A DNA stretch of 64,000 nucleotides from Polyangia bacterium (GCA_050287845.1 JBNKCR010000020.1:16252-80251), one strand, 5' to 3'. Counted from the first letter of the stretch, positions 38,663 through 48,612 are shown. Notes: generated from the letters alone by a model not told the origin. Translations and numbers: made by a program.

Positions 38663-39639
38663 CGTCGTCTGACGGCACAGCGCTGGTGCTGGGGTTTCCT
38701 TCCAGTATTTCAGAAATGGTTGCCACGGAGTTGCTTGAGTCGGGAGTGGTGGTGTATCTTTTACTTCCCCAGGAATTCTTTGCCAGAGCCGCGCATCTCA
38801 AAAAACGGTTTGGCAAACAGTTGCAACTGACGGTGGGAAGGGGGGATTATCTGGATTTTGGACTGGGTGGTCAGGATTATCTGAAAATCGCCCGACAGAC
38901 AGGCACCGTATATTCGCTTTATTCTGCCGATGAACCCCGGACCGGATTGGACTTTCAATCTTCCCATGTGCGCGAGCTGGTGGAGTTCTGCAAGGTGGCG
39001 CCCGGGTTATCGCGATTGGTGCTGCTGAGTGATTTTTCCTTTGTCGGGGAATTCAACGGCGTGGTGGCGGAGCGGGATTGGGAGTTGCCGGAAACCTCAC
39101 TCAGAGATAGAGAACGGGAGTTCAGAGCTGAAAAAGTGCTTTCCCGGTTCCTGTCCACCTTTCCGATTTCGATTGTGCGGGTGGGAACGCTGGTGGGCAC
39201 GGTGACGTCACTGTTTCCCGCCGTGATGCTCACTCTTGGCTATCCGGAGCTGTTTTCAAGAAGTGGTGTGTTGATTTATCTGGCTGAAGTAACCTGGGCG
39301 GCGCGGCGAATCGTGGAAATTGCGTCGAAGGCCGAACCGGGACTCACATTTCATCTGTTTCAGAAGTCCTGTGAGCCGGGAGCGCTGGGAATGGAACTGA
39401 TGCAATACGCGATGGCTCAGGTGCCGAGAACCTATGATTTGCGCGCGGCGGCGAGAAGGCGGCTGAAGAACGCCGGTGAAGCCAGACGTCAGCTTGCGGC
39501 GGCTCAAATTGAGGCAAAAGTTGAAAACACCTGGACAAACAACTATTTCCGGGCGCATAATTTTTCCGCTTTGGACCAATCGTTGAACTGGCAGCCCCTG
39601 GTGGAGGCCGATGTAGAGAAGCTGACGGGTTTTCGATAA
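38659..39639 (+). CDS. Degenerate SDR/NAD_binding_4-like protein
   Basis: LVLGFPS in place of TGxxG, D.GL, AEK......P.SIVR.G..VG; catalytic YxxxK not recognisable. Confidence 0.55.
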   Translation: MTSSDGTALVLGFPSSISEMVATELLESGVVVYLLLPQEFFARAAHLKKRFGKQLQLTVGRGDYLDFGLGGQDYLKIARQTGTVYSLYSADEPRTGLDFQSSHVRELVEFCKVAPGLSRLVLLSDFSFVGEFNGVVAERDWELPETSLRDREREFRAEKVLSRFLSTFPISIVRVGTLVGTVTSLFPAVMLTLGYPELFSRSGVLIYLAEVTWAARRIVEIASKAEPGLTFHLFQKSCEPGALGMELMQYAMAQVPRTYDLRAAARRRLKNAGEARRQLAAAQIEAKVENTWTNNYFRAHNFSALDQSLNWQPLVEADVEKLTGFR

Positions 39640-39673
39640 GGCGGATTCCGCATTGGAAAGAGAGGGTCATTCC

Positions 39674-40138
39674 ATGACTGACGACGTATTCACCGACAGA
39701 GATACCTGGAAAGGGTACAATACTGCAACGGCGCTGGTAAACGCATATATTCAACGGTTCGGCGAGGTGGTTTCATCGGCTACGGGTCAGGATGTGAGAT
39801 TCAACCCGTTGGATGCAGATGGATTCACCAGTGTGAAACGCGGTTCCGCGACCGTGGGCATCAACGTTGTCGAGGATGCGGGTGTTCTGATTTTTGTGGC
39901 GCGTATCATGAAAACGCCCGGAGTCAGAACCGAGGAGTGCTTTCGGATGCTGCTGGAATTGAATTATACGGCAACATCGGATGCCGCTTTCGCAGTGGAA
40001 AAATCGACGGATACCATTTGCCTTCGGGCGCAGCGAAGTATTCCGGGAATGGACTACGATGAGTTCGAGGAAATGCTCAGCAACGTGGCGACCGTGGCGG
40101 ATGAGTGGGATGATCGATTACTTCAGGTTTTTTCCTGA
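39674..40138 (+). CDS. YbjN/CesT-like chaperone-fold protein
   Basis: RGSA.V.I, LLELN......F........L.......D..EF...L..V...AD.WD pattern. Confidence 0.7.
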   Translation: MTDDVFTDRDTWKGYNTATALVNAYIQRFGEVVSSATGQDVRFNPLDADGFTSVKRGSATVGINVVEDAGVLIFVARIMKTPGVRTEECFRMLLELNYTATSDAAFAVEKSTDTICLRAQRSIPGMDYDEFEEMLSNVATVADEWDDRLLQVFS

Positions 40139-40177
40139 TAGAGGCAACATGGGTTTGCGAAAGGGTACACCAAATTT

Positions 40178-41761
40178 ATGAGTGCCGAAAACAGGAAGCC
40201 AATTGCCAGGGGCAACTTCAGGAATACACCGTTTGCGCATATCCTTGTATATCTGAAAAACAAGGCGCTTCATGGCACCCTGAAAATTCGGGAAGAAGCG
40301 CACGAGATACTGATTTATTTTCGTGACGGTCAGCCAGCCAGAGTGTCGAGTACCGAACCGGGAAAGCGACTGGGAGAAGTATTGGTCGAAATGGGAAAGC
40401 TGTCCACGACACAGTTGCAGGAAAGTCTGGCGGAGATGCAGCAAACCGGTGAATTGCATGGGCAGGCACTGGTGCGACTGGGATTTGTGGACGGTGCAAC
40501 CCTGGTAGCGGGAATCACCGAGCAAATGACGCAGAAAATGCTCGTCGCATTTGAGTTTTCAGAAGGCGAGTACGCTTTTTATGAAGGTGCAGATCTGATT
40601 CCGAGAGGGCCATCAGAATTGATCAATCTGAACACCTGGGCGCTTCTGATGGCGGGAATCCGCAAGTATGGACCGGAATTGAATCTGTCGCCCTGGTTGT
40701 CTTCGCTGAAGGAAAAGTCTTTTTTCCTGAGTGACGTGGGCCAATTGCGCGAGTTCCACTTCAATTCCGGCGAGCGGATGCTGTGTCGCAAACTGCTGGA
40801 AAGCCCGCAGGATTTAATGTCTCTTCGAAAGTGGGATGCCGTGGATCGGAATGTGGTGGTGGGGACGCTGTATGTGTTGCTCATTGCCAGAATTCTGAAG
40901 GTGATCCTGCCCGAACAGGTGGAAGAAACGCGATCCATGATGCCATCTGAAACCCTGGAGTCCCTTCCCCCCCAGTCGGTCCAGATGTCATGGCCCGCTG
41001 AAATTCAGACCATGCGGGACGAAATCCAAACCCGCGCTGCCCTTGTTTCTTCGCAGACCTATTATGAAATACTGGGGGTTGAAAGCGATGCCTCCACCGC
41101 GGAAATTCGCAAGGCGTTTTTCAGACTGGCCAAATCCTATCACCCCGATCGGGCGGCGAAACCCGGGGTGGAAGACCTTCGGGAAACACTGGCATACCTG
41201 TTTGCAAATCTGTCGGAAGCACAGAATACCCTCATCGATATTGACGCCCGGGAAAGTTACGACGCATCCCTTGCCGGTGGTCGACATGGCACCGGTGCGC
41301 ATGGGACGCCGGTGGAGAGTGACGAAGAACGTCAGGTGCGGTTGGTCATTGAGTCAGATCGGATGTACCAGAAGGCACAGGTTCTGATGCGGAAACAGAA
41401 TTTTGAGGAGGCGTTGGTGATGGTGGAACAGGCGCTTTCCAATTGCCCTGAGGAGGGCGAGTACATGGCCACTCACGCCTACATTAAAATGCAACTGGGG
41501 CGCGATAGCACCGGAGATATGCTGTCGGTTTTCAGGCGCGCCATTGAAAAAAGTCCCAAATCAGAAAAATGCCACTACTATTTTGCCCATGCCCTTAAAA
41601 AGTCGGGACGAACCAACGAAGCCAAACAACATTTTAAAACCGTAGTTGAAATCAATCCCAGGAATATCGAAGCGGCTCGGGAATTACGTCTGTTTGAAAT
41701 ACGCGCCAGAAATACCGGAAAAAACAAGAAGCCCGGTCTCCTCGGAAAACTGTTGAAGTAG
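40178..41761 (+). CDS. DUF4388 + J-domain + TPR protein
   Basis: N-terminal G......F..IL......G.L, RLGEVLV..G, YYEILGV..HPD, C-terminal TPRs. Confidence 0.85.
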   Translation: MSAENRKPIARGNFRNTPFAHILVYLKNKALHGTLKIREEAHEILIYFRDGQPARVSSTEPGKRLGEVLVEMGKLSTTQLQESLAEMQQTGELHGQALVRLGFVDGATLVAGITEQMTQKMLVAFEFSEGEYAFYEGADLIPRGPSELINLNTWALLMAGIRKYGPELNLSPWLSSLKEKSFFLSDVGQLREFHFNSGERMLCRKLLESPQDLMSLRKWDAVDRNVVVGTLYVLLIARILKVILPEQVEETRSMMPSETLESLPPQSVQMSWPAEIQTMRDEIQTRAALVSSQTYYEILGVESDASTAEIRKAFFRLAKSYHPDRAAKPGVEDLRETLAYLFANLSEAQNTLIDIDARESYDASLAGGRHGTGAHGTPVESDEERQVRLVIESDRMYQKAQVLMRKQNFEEALVMVEQALSNCPEEGEYMATHAYIKMQLGRDSTGDMLSVFRRAIEKSPKSEKCHYYFAHALKKSGRTNEAKQHFKTVVEINPRNIEAARELRLFEIRARNTGKNKKPGLLGKLLK

Positions 41762-41907
41762 GGGACGCCGAGAATGGGTTGCCCCGGTCAATGTTCTTAA
41801 ACTTCCAATTGCATTATCACACCCGGGAAATGTGGATGCACACCGATTTTTTTTAATGGCAACAGTTGACACATCTGTCTGGACTCTGCGATAGTGTACC
41901 GATTGAA

Positions 41908-42879
41908 ATGAGCACCTTCTTTTTACAGCGTGGCATTCGACTGCCGGTATCCAGACCTGAAATTCTGAACATATCAGATATTATATTGGCTCCTGTTCGT
42001 CCGCCGTCCCGGAATGGAAGCGTTGCGGTTGAAAAAAAGGTGGAGCAGTTTCTGACCGAAGAGGGCACCCATGTGGTGGTCCGACTGGGAGATGTTGACC
42101 CGTATTGTCAGGCCCAACGGGCGGAAACGATGCTGTTGCTGGAGTCGCCCGAACAGGTGCGCGAATCCCTTGCGCTGTTACACGCGCGGACTGATATGAA
42201 TAAGGGCAATGTGGATCTGGTGATTGCCGCACATAAGCGGCAGGATATCGGGTACTTCGAATTTTTCGGAAGTAGTGTTCTGCGGGTGCATCATGCTCAT
42301 TACCCCATGATGTCCCCGGCTTGCATTGCCAATAAAATTCTCAGAACGCCTCCTTTGCTCATGCGCGATCTGCACGTGAAAGGGATACTGGTGGTGTCGG
42401 TGGCGGAATTGCTTTCTCTGTCATCCCCCCAGCGATTGTCGGTGGTTTCGGTGATAATGCCGGACCGTGTGGTCAATGTCCGACTGCAGTATGGGGTGAC
42501 CGTTCAACAGGTACTGGATGCCGTGAATGTCGATTTTCCTATTCGTACAGTGGTGATGGGAACGCCGTTGCGGGGTGTTGTCTGTGAAGATTTGAATGCG
42601 CCGGTCGCCGGAGATGCATTGACCCTTTTAGCGGAAGAGGCGGTGTGCAACGAAAACATGCCCTGCTGCAACTGCGGCAAGTGTGTGAAGGTGTGCCCGG
42701 CGGGATTGCTTCCCGGCCTGCTATCGAAACATATTTATGCCGGACATTCTGATGAGGCCAGAAGCCTGAACGTGCATTCGTGCATTGAATGTGGCGCCTG
42801 TGCCTGGATTTGTCCCTCCGGAAGACCATTGGTGGCGTACATGAAGCTGGGCAAGGAGGGCGTTGATGGGAAAAGATGA
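41908..42879 (+). CDS. rnfC: RnfC-like subunit, shortened and degenerate
   Basis: SLBB region (VMGTPLRG), CCNCGKCVKVCP and CIECGACAWICPS clusters; first gene of the rnf operon; start may be 41866. Confidence 0.72.
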   Translation: MSTFFLQRGIRLPVSRPEILNISDIILAPVRPPSRNGSVAVEKKVEQFLTEEGTHVVVRLGDVDPYCQAQRAETMLLLESPEQVRESLALLHARTDMNKGNVDLVIAAHKRQDIGYFEFFGSSVLRVHHAHYPMMSPACIANKILRTPPLLMRDLHVKGILVVSVAELLSLSSPQRLSVVSVIMPDRVVNVRLQYGVTVQQVLDAVNVDFPIRTVVMGTPLRGVVCEDLNAPVAGDALTLLAEEAVCNENMPCCNCGKCVKVCPAGLLPGLLSKHIYAGHSDEARSLNVHSCIECGACAWICPSGRPLVAYMKLGKEGVDGKR

Positions 42880-43858
42880 ATTGACAAAAGCAGGTCGGTG
42901 GTCGCCCCCCCACATCCACAGCGGTATCAGTATTCGCAAATTGATGCTGGGGCTGGGGGTGGCTCTGTCGCCGGCGCTGGGCTTCGGCTTGTATCAGTAT
43001 GGGCTTTCTGCGGCGCTGCTGATCGGGGTTTGTGTGCTGGCGTCCGTATTGACGGAATTTGTTCTGGATACTCTGGTACACCGCAAGACAACCAAAATAA
43101 CCAACTTTCATGCGCTGGTGATGGGACTGATGATGGCGGCCATGTTGCCCCCCGGCTGTCCGCTGCCCATCGCGGCCATTGGCGCGATGGTGGCCATCCT
43201 GCTGGGAAAGGCGCCCTTCGGTTCTTTTGGGGGAAGTTTTATTGCGCCCGCAATTGTTGGTATGATGGTGCTTTTTGTGTCGTGGCCGGATGCCGTGACC
43301 CAATGGCACTTTCCCGATGAGTCTGAGGCATACAACGAAAAATATGTGGCGGAAACCCCCATCGAAGCCGTGCACGCGGATCCTTCTGATGAGTACGATT
43401 ATTCGCCGCTGCGGATGTTTACCGGACAAGGCAAGGTGGGGACCATCGGGGCCAGCAGCGGGTTGGCGCTTACATTGGGGGCATTGCTGCTGTTTTTCCT
43501 GCGTATTACGCGCATGTATGCCACGTTGGGTTACCTGATTGGCGTGGCCTGCGCTGCGTTTGTATTGGGGCGATTTTATCCCGAGGAACCAACGGTATGG
43601 TTTCATCTGACGACGGGGTATGCGCTGTTTGCGGCCATGTTTCTGGTGAACGATATTCCTGCCAGTCCGGTGGGCGAGTGGGGAATGGTATGTTCGGGAA
43701 TTCTGGCCGGTGCCCTGACCATTGTGCTTCGCTGGGCGGGCGTTGGATTTGGCGCGGCGCTTTTTGCGGTGGCATTTGTCAGTCTGCTGGTGCCGTTTTT
43801 CGACCGCGTCGCTGCCGGACCCACCTTTCACAACGAGGTGAATCATGAAGGAAAATAA
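42866..43858 (+). CDS. rnfD: Rnf complex subunit D
   Basis: PPHIHS, multiple TM helices, GK..FG..G, ETP (FMN-Thr position), G.IG..S. Confidence 0.88.
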   Translation: MGKDELTKAGRWSPPHIHSGISIRKLMLGLGVALSPALGFGLYQYGLSAALLIGVCVLASVLTEFVLDTLVHRKTTKITNFHALVMGLMMAAMLPPGCPLPIAAIGAMVAILLGKAPFGSFGGSFIAPAIVGMMVLFVSWPDAVTQWHFPDESEAYNEKYVAETPIEAVHADPSDEYDYSPLRMFTGQGKVGTIGASSGLALTLGALLLFFLRITRMYATLGYLIGVACAAFVLGRFYPEEPTVWFHLTTGYALFAAMFLVNDIPASPVGEWGMVCSGILAGALTIVLRWAGVGFGAALFAVAFVSLLVPFFDRVAAGPTFHNEVNHEGK

Positions 43859-44453
43859 AATTCATGTCACGATTATTTTCCTCGGCGTAGTGGCGGCCAT
43901 TTTCGGTGGAGCGCTGGCGTTTGTGAATGCCCATACCCGTCAGGTGATTGAAGAACGAACCTTCAATGAAACGATTTTGCCAACCCTGAACCGGGTGTTC
44001 GGCGAATACGGACCTACCAATAATTTTTTGAAAGATAAAAAAGAACAATATATCGGTGAAGACGCCATGGGCAGGCAATTGCGGGCCGATATTTACATGG
44101 CGAAGACAAGTGGTGAGACCGTGGCAATGGCCACCATTTTCGATGGGCGCGGATACAGCGGCTTGATTCGGGTGCTTGTGGCCGTTGATGCGAAAACCCA
44201 TGAGATTGTTGCGACCAGAACCCTGCAACAGAGTGAAACCCGGGGAATTGGCGCTCGCATCGCTGTGGAGTCAGAACCGTTTGTGCTGCAGTTCCGGGGA
44301 AAACGGATGGAATCCAAGCTCAAGCTGAGCACAGAAGGGGGCGATGTGGATGCCATGTCCGGTGCCACCATCACCAGCGGGGCATTTACCCGAACGGTAA
44401 AGGGGGCGTGCGATTTGCTGCTGAAGCAACTGAAAGAGGAGACTGAACAGTGA
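43845..44453 (+). CDS. rnfG: Rnf complex subunit G
   Basis: N-terminal TM, GYSG.I, ET.G.G, DAMSGATITS FMN-attachment motif. Confidence 0.92.
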   Translation: MKENKIHVTIIFLGVVAAIFGGALAFVNAHTRQVIEERTFNETILPTLNRVFGEYGPTNNFLKDKKEQYIGEDAMGRQLRADIYMAKTSGETVAMATIFDGRGYSGLIRVLVAVDAKTHEIVATRTLQQSETRGIGARIAVESEPFVLQFRGKRMESKLKLSTEGGDVDAMSGATITSGAFTRTVKGACDLLLKQLKEETEQ

Positions 44454-45079
44454 CATCGCTCAGACAGGAATTCACCAAAGGGTTCACCGACCAGTTGCCA
44501 CCGTTCAAACTGGTGCTGGGGTTGTGTCCTACACTGGCGGTTACCACCACGGTGGAAGGTGGGCTGGGCATGGGAATCGCCACCATGTTTGTGCTGATTA
44601 TGTCGAATCTGGTGATTTCCCTGCTTCGCAATATCATTCCCAATTCGGTGCGAATCGCCGCGTTCATCACGGTGATTGCCGGGTTCGTGGTGATTGTGGA
44701 ACTGATGATGAAGGCCTACACCCCCACGTTGTACAATGTGCTTGGTGTTTTTATTTCGCTGATAGTGGTTAACTGCATTGTGTTGGGTCGGGCGGAGGCG
44801 TTCGCCAAAAAAAATAGCCCCCTGCGGTCGCTGGTGGATGGCCTGGGTATCGGCGCCGGATTCACTTTTTCATTGGTGCTGCTTGGTCTGGTGCGTGAAG
44901 TGCTGGGAACGGGCAGCATCACCGTTTTTTCCCAGTCGGACGTTCGGTTTCAGGTGATTCCAGCGACGGATGGCTATGTATTCCGATTGGCTGTGGAGCC
45001 AGCGGGGGCATTTATTTTTCTGGGTCTCATTCTGTTCTTCATTAACCTGCTCTCCAGAAAGGAAGGAGCGACCTCATGA
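44450..45079 (+). CDS. rnfE: Rnf complex subunit E
   Basis: LGLCPTLAVT, LIVVNC..LGRAE.FA, RE.LG.G. Confidence 0.94.
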   Translation: MTSLRQEFTKGFTDQLPPFKLVLGLCPTLAVTTTVEGGLGMGIATMFVLIMSNLVISLLRNIIPNSVRIAAFITVIAGFVVIVELMMKAYTPTLYNVLGVFISLIVVNCIVLGRAEAFAKKNSPLRSLVDGLGIGAGFTFSLVLLGLVREVLGTGSITVFSQSDVRFQVIPATDGYVFRLAVEPAGAFIFLGLILFFINLLSRKEGATS

Positions 45080-45651
45080 TGTCGTATATCCTTCTGTTTA
45101 TTTCGGCGGTATTCGTCAATAACATTGTATTGGCGCAGTTTCTGGGCATTTGTCCGTTTGTGGGCGTTTCCGGCAAGGTGAGCACGGCCACGGGCATGTC
45201 CATGGCCGTTCTGTTTGTTATAACGATTTCATCAATGATTACCTGGGGCGTTGTTCGATTTGTGCTGATTCCCTTTGAAATCGAGTACCTTCAGACCGCG
45301 GTATTCATTCTTATCATTGCAACCCTTGTGCAGTTTGTTGAGCTTTTCATTCAGAAAGTGTCGCCAACACTGTTTCGGACCCTGGGCATTTATCTGCCCC
45401 TCATTACCACCAACTGCGCGGTGCTGGGGGTGGCGATTATGAACATCCGCAACGAGTACGATTTTATTCATACCCTGGTGCATGCCTTTTCGGCAGCTAC
45501 CGGATTTGGGTTGTCCATGGTGATTTTCGCAGGTATCCGGGAGCGCCAGCGTCTGGCCGATGTACCTGCCCCGCTGCGGGGAACGGCACTGGCGCTGATT
45601 ACCGCAGGAATTCTGGCGCTGACATTCACCGCTTTCAAGGGGGTGATGTGA
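45076..45651 (+). CDS. rnfA: Rnf complex subunit A
   Basis: NN.VL.QFLGICP, LG.YLPLITTNCAVLG. Confidence 0.95.
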   Translation: MMSYILLFISAVFVNNIVLAQFLGICPFVGVSGKVSTATGMSMAVLFVITISSMITWGVVRFVLIPFEIEYLQTAVFILIIATLVQFVELFIQKVSPTLFRTLGIYLPLITTNCAVLGVAIMNIRNEYDFIHTLVHAFSAATGFGLSMVIFAGIRERQRLADVPAPLRGTALALITAGILALTFTAFKGVM

Positions 45652-46322
45652 TGGGGGTATCCATAGCCATCGCTGCCGGGGTCATGGGCGCACTGGGCGT
45701 TGTCTGTGCCATTTGTCTGGAGGTGGCGGGAAAGCTGCTGGCCGTTGCAGGGGATCCACGCGTTGATGCCCTTGAGGAACTGTTTGGCGGCACCAACTGT
45801 AGCGCCTGCGGATTTGCCAGCTGTCGCGCCGCTGCGGAGGCAGTGGTGAGCGGTGAGGCGTCTGCAGATGTCTGTGAGCTCGGTGGGGCAGAAACCGCGG
45901 CCGCCGCTGCGGCGATTGTCGGCGAAGATGCAGCAGCAGCGGTGCCAGTGGCTGTTTCGGACACCGCGCCATTGCCCGCAGCCATCGTTTCGCCGGATGC
46001 GTCGAATGGGGATGGATCTGTTGCGGGAGATTCCACGAATCCGGTGTCCCCGGCTTCGGAGGCGGGGGGCGAAAAACCCCGGCGGAAAAAACGGGAGTTG
46101 CCTCCGCCGGTTCCGCTGAACCCCGGCGAGATGCCGGTCATCGATGAAGCGTCCTGTATCGCCTGCGGCCTCTGTGTGCGCGCTTGCACCGATGGCGCCA
46201 TTGTTGGCGAGCCCAAAACCATCCCCAACATTAATCTCGACAACTGTACCCTGTGCGGGAAATGTGTGGTTTCCTGTAGAAAAGGATTTATTTCGGTTCA
46301 GAAAAGGGAGGATGGGAAATGA
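45648..46322 (+). CDS. rnfB: Rnf complex subunit B
   Basis: N-terminal TM, NCSACGFASC...C, Ala/Pro linker, CIACGLC...C and CTLCGKC...C. Confidence 0.88.
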   Translation: MMGVSIAIAAGVMGALGVVCAICLEVAGKLLAVAGDPRVDALEELFGGTNCSACGFASCRAAAEAVVSGEASADVCELGGAETAAAAAAIVGEDAAAAVPVAVSDTAPLPAAIVSPDASNGDGSVAGDSTNPVSPASEAGGEKPRRKKRELPPPVPLNPGEMPVIDEASCIACGLCVRACTDGAIVGEPKTIPNINLDNCTLCGKCVVSCRKGFISVQKREDGK

Positions 46323-47110
46323 TTCGGCATCTGGTTTTCTGGATTGTGTCGGTTTTTCTGGCGGCTTCCTGTACCAAACCGGATTTGCAGGTGGAAAAGG
46401 AGAAGGTTCCGTTTCCCTACAAGCCCATTGCAAAGGGGGAGGAAGATCCGGGAGATAATGGTCCGGGGGACGAAACCGTGCTGGACGCCATCGATGGTAT
46501 ATATCCGCCGGTGCCCTTCAGCCATTTTACCCATTCGTCCAACGCCGAAGGGGGCTATGGCATTGATTGTCTGGTGTGCCATCATGACGCGGATGATCCG
46601 GATGATTCCACCAGCTGCACCGAATGTCATGAGCCCGGGGAGAGTCTCGATAAAGCCCTTCTGGGGCCCGATGACAATCTGCGCCTCGAAATGAAAAATA
46701 AAACCATCACACCGACGCCGTTTTCCCATTACACCCATGCGTCATTCGGGGCGGATGGATACAGGATTGCCTGTAACCGATGTCATCACGTGGAAGGCAA
46801 TACAGGCCCCTGTTCTGAATGTCACAAGGAGTTGGCACTTCGCAGCGAAGACGGAAAGACCATTCCCAAACTCAAGCGATCGTTCCATATGCAATGCCGG
46901 GATTGCCACATTCATTCCCAGAACAGACGGGCGCCCATAACCTGTGAAGGATGTCATCGTCCGATGAAATATACGAAGACCGAAGAGATGCTTCCGCTTT
47001 CACGGTCCTATCATAGGATGTGCATCAACTGCCATCAGCAGGTCAATGACAGCGCCGGTAAAAAGGCGCCAGTCAAGTGCGCCGGGTGTCATGTGCCCGG
47101 CCAAAAATAA
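46319..47110 (+). CDS. Octaheme cytochrome c3-family lipoprotein
   Basis: LAASC lipobox; eight CxxCH motifs; two F.H..H c3 motifs. Confidence 0.9.
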   Translation: MIRHLVFWIVSVFLAASCTKPDLQVEKEKVPFPYKPIAKGEEDPGDNGPGDETVLDAIDGIYPPVPFSHFTHSSNAEGGYGIDCLVCHHDADDPDDSTSCTECHEPGESLDKALLGPDDNLRLEMKNKTITPTPFSHYTHASFGADGYRIACNRCHHVEGNTGPCSECHKELALRSEDGKTIPKLKRSFHMQCRDCHIHSQNRRAPITCEGCHRPMKYTKTEEMLPLSRSYHRMCINCHQQVNDSAGKKAPVKCAGCHVPGQK

Positions 47111-47213
47111 TTGCAGGTTTTTGTCTGCGCGTGCTCCTTGCCCATTTGGGAAAAGTGAGTATTCTGTATCCTTCACAGATGAATCATGTCCAGGACATCG
47201 AAGGAGTGTTGTT

Positions 47214-47834
47214 ATGAAAAAGTTTGTTGTTTCAGTCTTTGTTGTGCTGAGTACGCTGTTCGTTGCAGGTGTCAGTTATGCCGAGCTGCCAGCCGGTATT
47301 TTCCGTCTTCACATGTCGTCCACATTTGTGGAGGTGGGGACCGGGGAAACCGAGGTGGATGGCCAGGGCGACGACGGATACGGCGGTCTGGAACTCGGAC
47401 TGGGAATGAGTCGGTTCGCGATTGGGGCGGGTTTCGGGCTCGGCGGAAAACTGCTGATTGGCGCCAAACTGGCCATCGGTCAGGAATCTTCGGACTGGTG
47501 GCCCGGGTCCGAAAATGAGACATTTGTTTTTTCTGCCATTCCCTATGTCGAATTTGTATTTCTACAGAGCCGGGTGAAGCCTTTTGCCAAGGCCATGGTG
47601 GGGATTGAGGGCGCACGGGGGGAAGACGACAGCGGGTTCTGGGGACTGGTGCTGGGCGGCGGTGGCGGATTACATTTCTTTTTAACCCAGAGTGTATCGG
47701 TGGATGCGGATTTGGAACTCAATCTGCGCTTCGGAACCGGTCACAATACCGTGCCGGGCCCCGTCGATGACGTCGACTACAGCCACTGGCGTTTCAGCTT
47801 TGCCACGTTGCTGGGATTATCTGCATGGTTGTAA
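47214..47834 (+). CDS. Outer-membrane beta-barrel protein (OmpA/OmpW-like, ~8 strands)
   Basis: AAGGAG RBS; signal peptide; alternating beta-strands, GGGGLHFF, C-terminal LGLSAWL. Confidence 0.75.
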   Translation: MKKFVVSVFVVLSTLFVAGVSYAELPAGIFRLHMSSTFVEVGTGETEVDGQGDDGYGGLELGLGMSRFAIGAGFGLGGKLLIGAKLAIGQESSDWWPGSENETFVFSAIPYVEFVFLQSRVKPFAKAMVGIEGARGEDDSGFWGLVLGGGGGLHFFLTQSVSVDADLELNLRFGTGHNTVPGPVDDVDYSHWRFSFATLLGLSAWL

Positions 47835-48612
47835 GTTTTTGTCGGGATATTCTGAGGAATGACTGAATTCCCACTGCGGTCTGTTCCGGTGCTTCCAGCT
47901 GGGGTAGGTGACCGACTTTTTCAAGACAAATCATTATATTTCCGGGAATAGCCCCCAGCAGCGAATTCGCCTGAGAGGGGGAAACAATGGCGTCCTGCCG
48001 ACCACACAGAATCAGGGTGGGACATTCAATATCCCGCAGGGCATCCCTGATATTGAAAGTGGTGGCTGCCCGGAGAAGGGGCATGAAACATTTGCCGTTA
48101 CCGGGGTATTGGGCCTGATTGGCCACGGCCTGTTTAAACGCCGGGGTTCTCCGAAACGGTTCGTACACGCTCAGTTCCATGTTTCGGGTAAGCATTTTTC
48201 GGGCAGGAAGTGGTCTGGGGGGGATAAAGAGTTCAAGCAGAGAGTCGTCCCCTCGGGATGTGGAGGAAATGAGCACCAGTGTGGGTACAGTTTCCGGCGC
48301 GGCCAGAGCCAGCTCCATGGCGATAGAACCGCCCAGCGAGTGTCCAATCACGCATTCCGGAATAATATCATTTTGCTGCAGCCAGGTGTGAATTTCCAGG
48401 GCAATGGAACGGATGCTGCATGTGCGGGATTCAGATGTCGGAACATCGCCGGAGAAATCAAGACACACACACTGGTACTGTTTTTCGAGAATGGCCACCA
48501 GATCATCAAAAATATGGAGGTTCAGTCCCAGACCGGGTAACAGAACGAGGGATGGACCGGTGCCGGTGATGCGACTGTTGATTCTGGAGTACGTCTGCTT
48601 TCCTGTATTCAT
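47794..48612 (-). CDS. Alpha/beta fold hydrolase
   Basis: GHSLGG nucleophile elbow, G.QD, GH.PQLE. Confidence 0.88.
   Translation of the reverse strand: MNTGKQTYSRINSRITGTGPSLVLLPGLGLNLHIFDDLVAILEKQYQCVCLDFSGDVPTSESRTCSIRSIALEIHTWLQQNDIIPECVIGHSLGGSIAMELALAAPETVPTLVLISSTSRGDDSLLELFIPPRPLPARKMLTRNMELSVYEPFRRTPAFKQAVANQAQYPGNGKCFMPLLRAATTFNIRDALRDIECPTLILCGRQDAIVSPSQANSLLGAIPGNIMICLEKVGHLPQLEAPEQTAVGIQSFLRISRQKLTTMQIIPATWQS

Noticed and set aside
42539..43846. 435-aa antisense ORF over rnfC/rnfD
   Set aside because: No recognisable motifs; typical GC-rich shadow ORF opposite a well-supported gene
47794..47834. 41-bp convergent overlap of barrel and hydrolase genes as a frameshift sign
   Set aside because: Both proteins end with complete-looking domains; short 3' overlaps are ordinary
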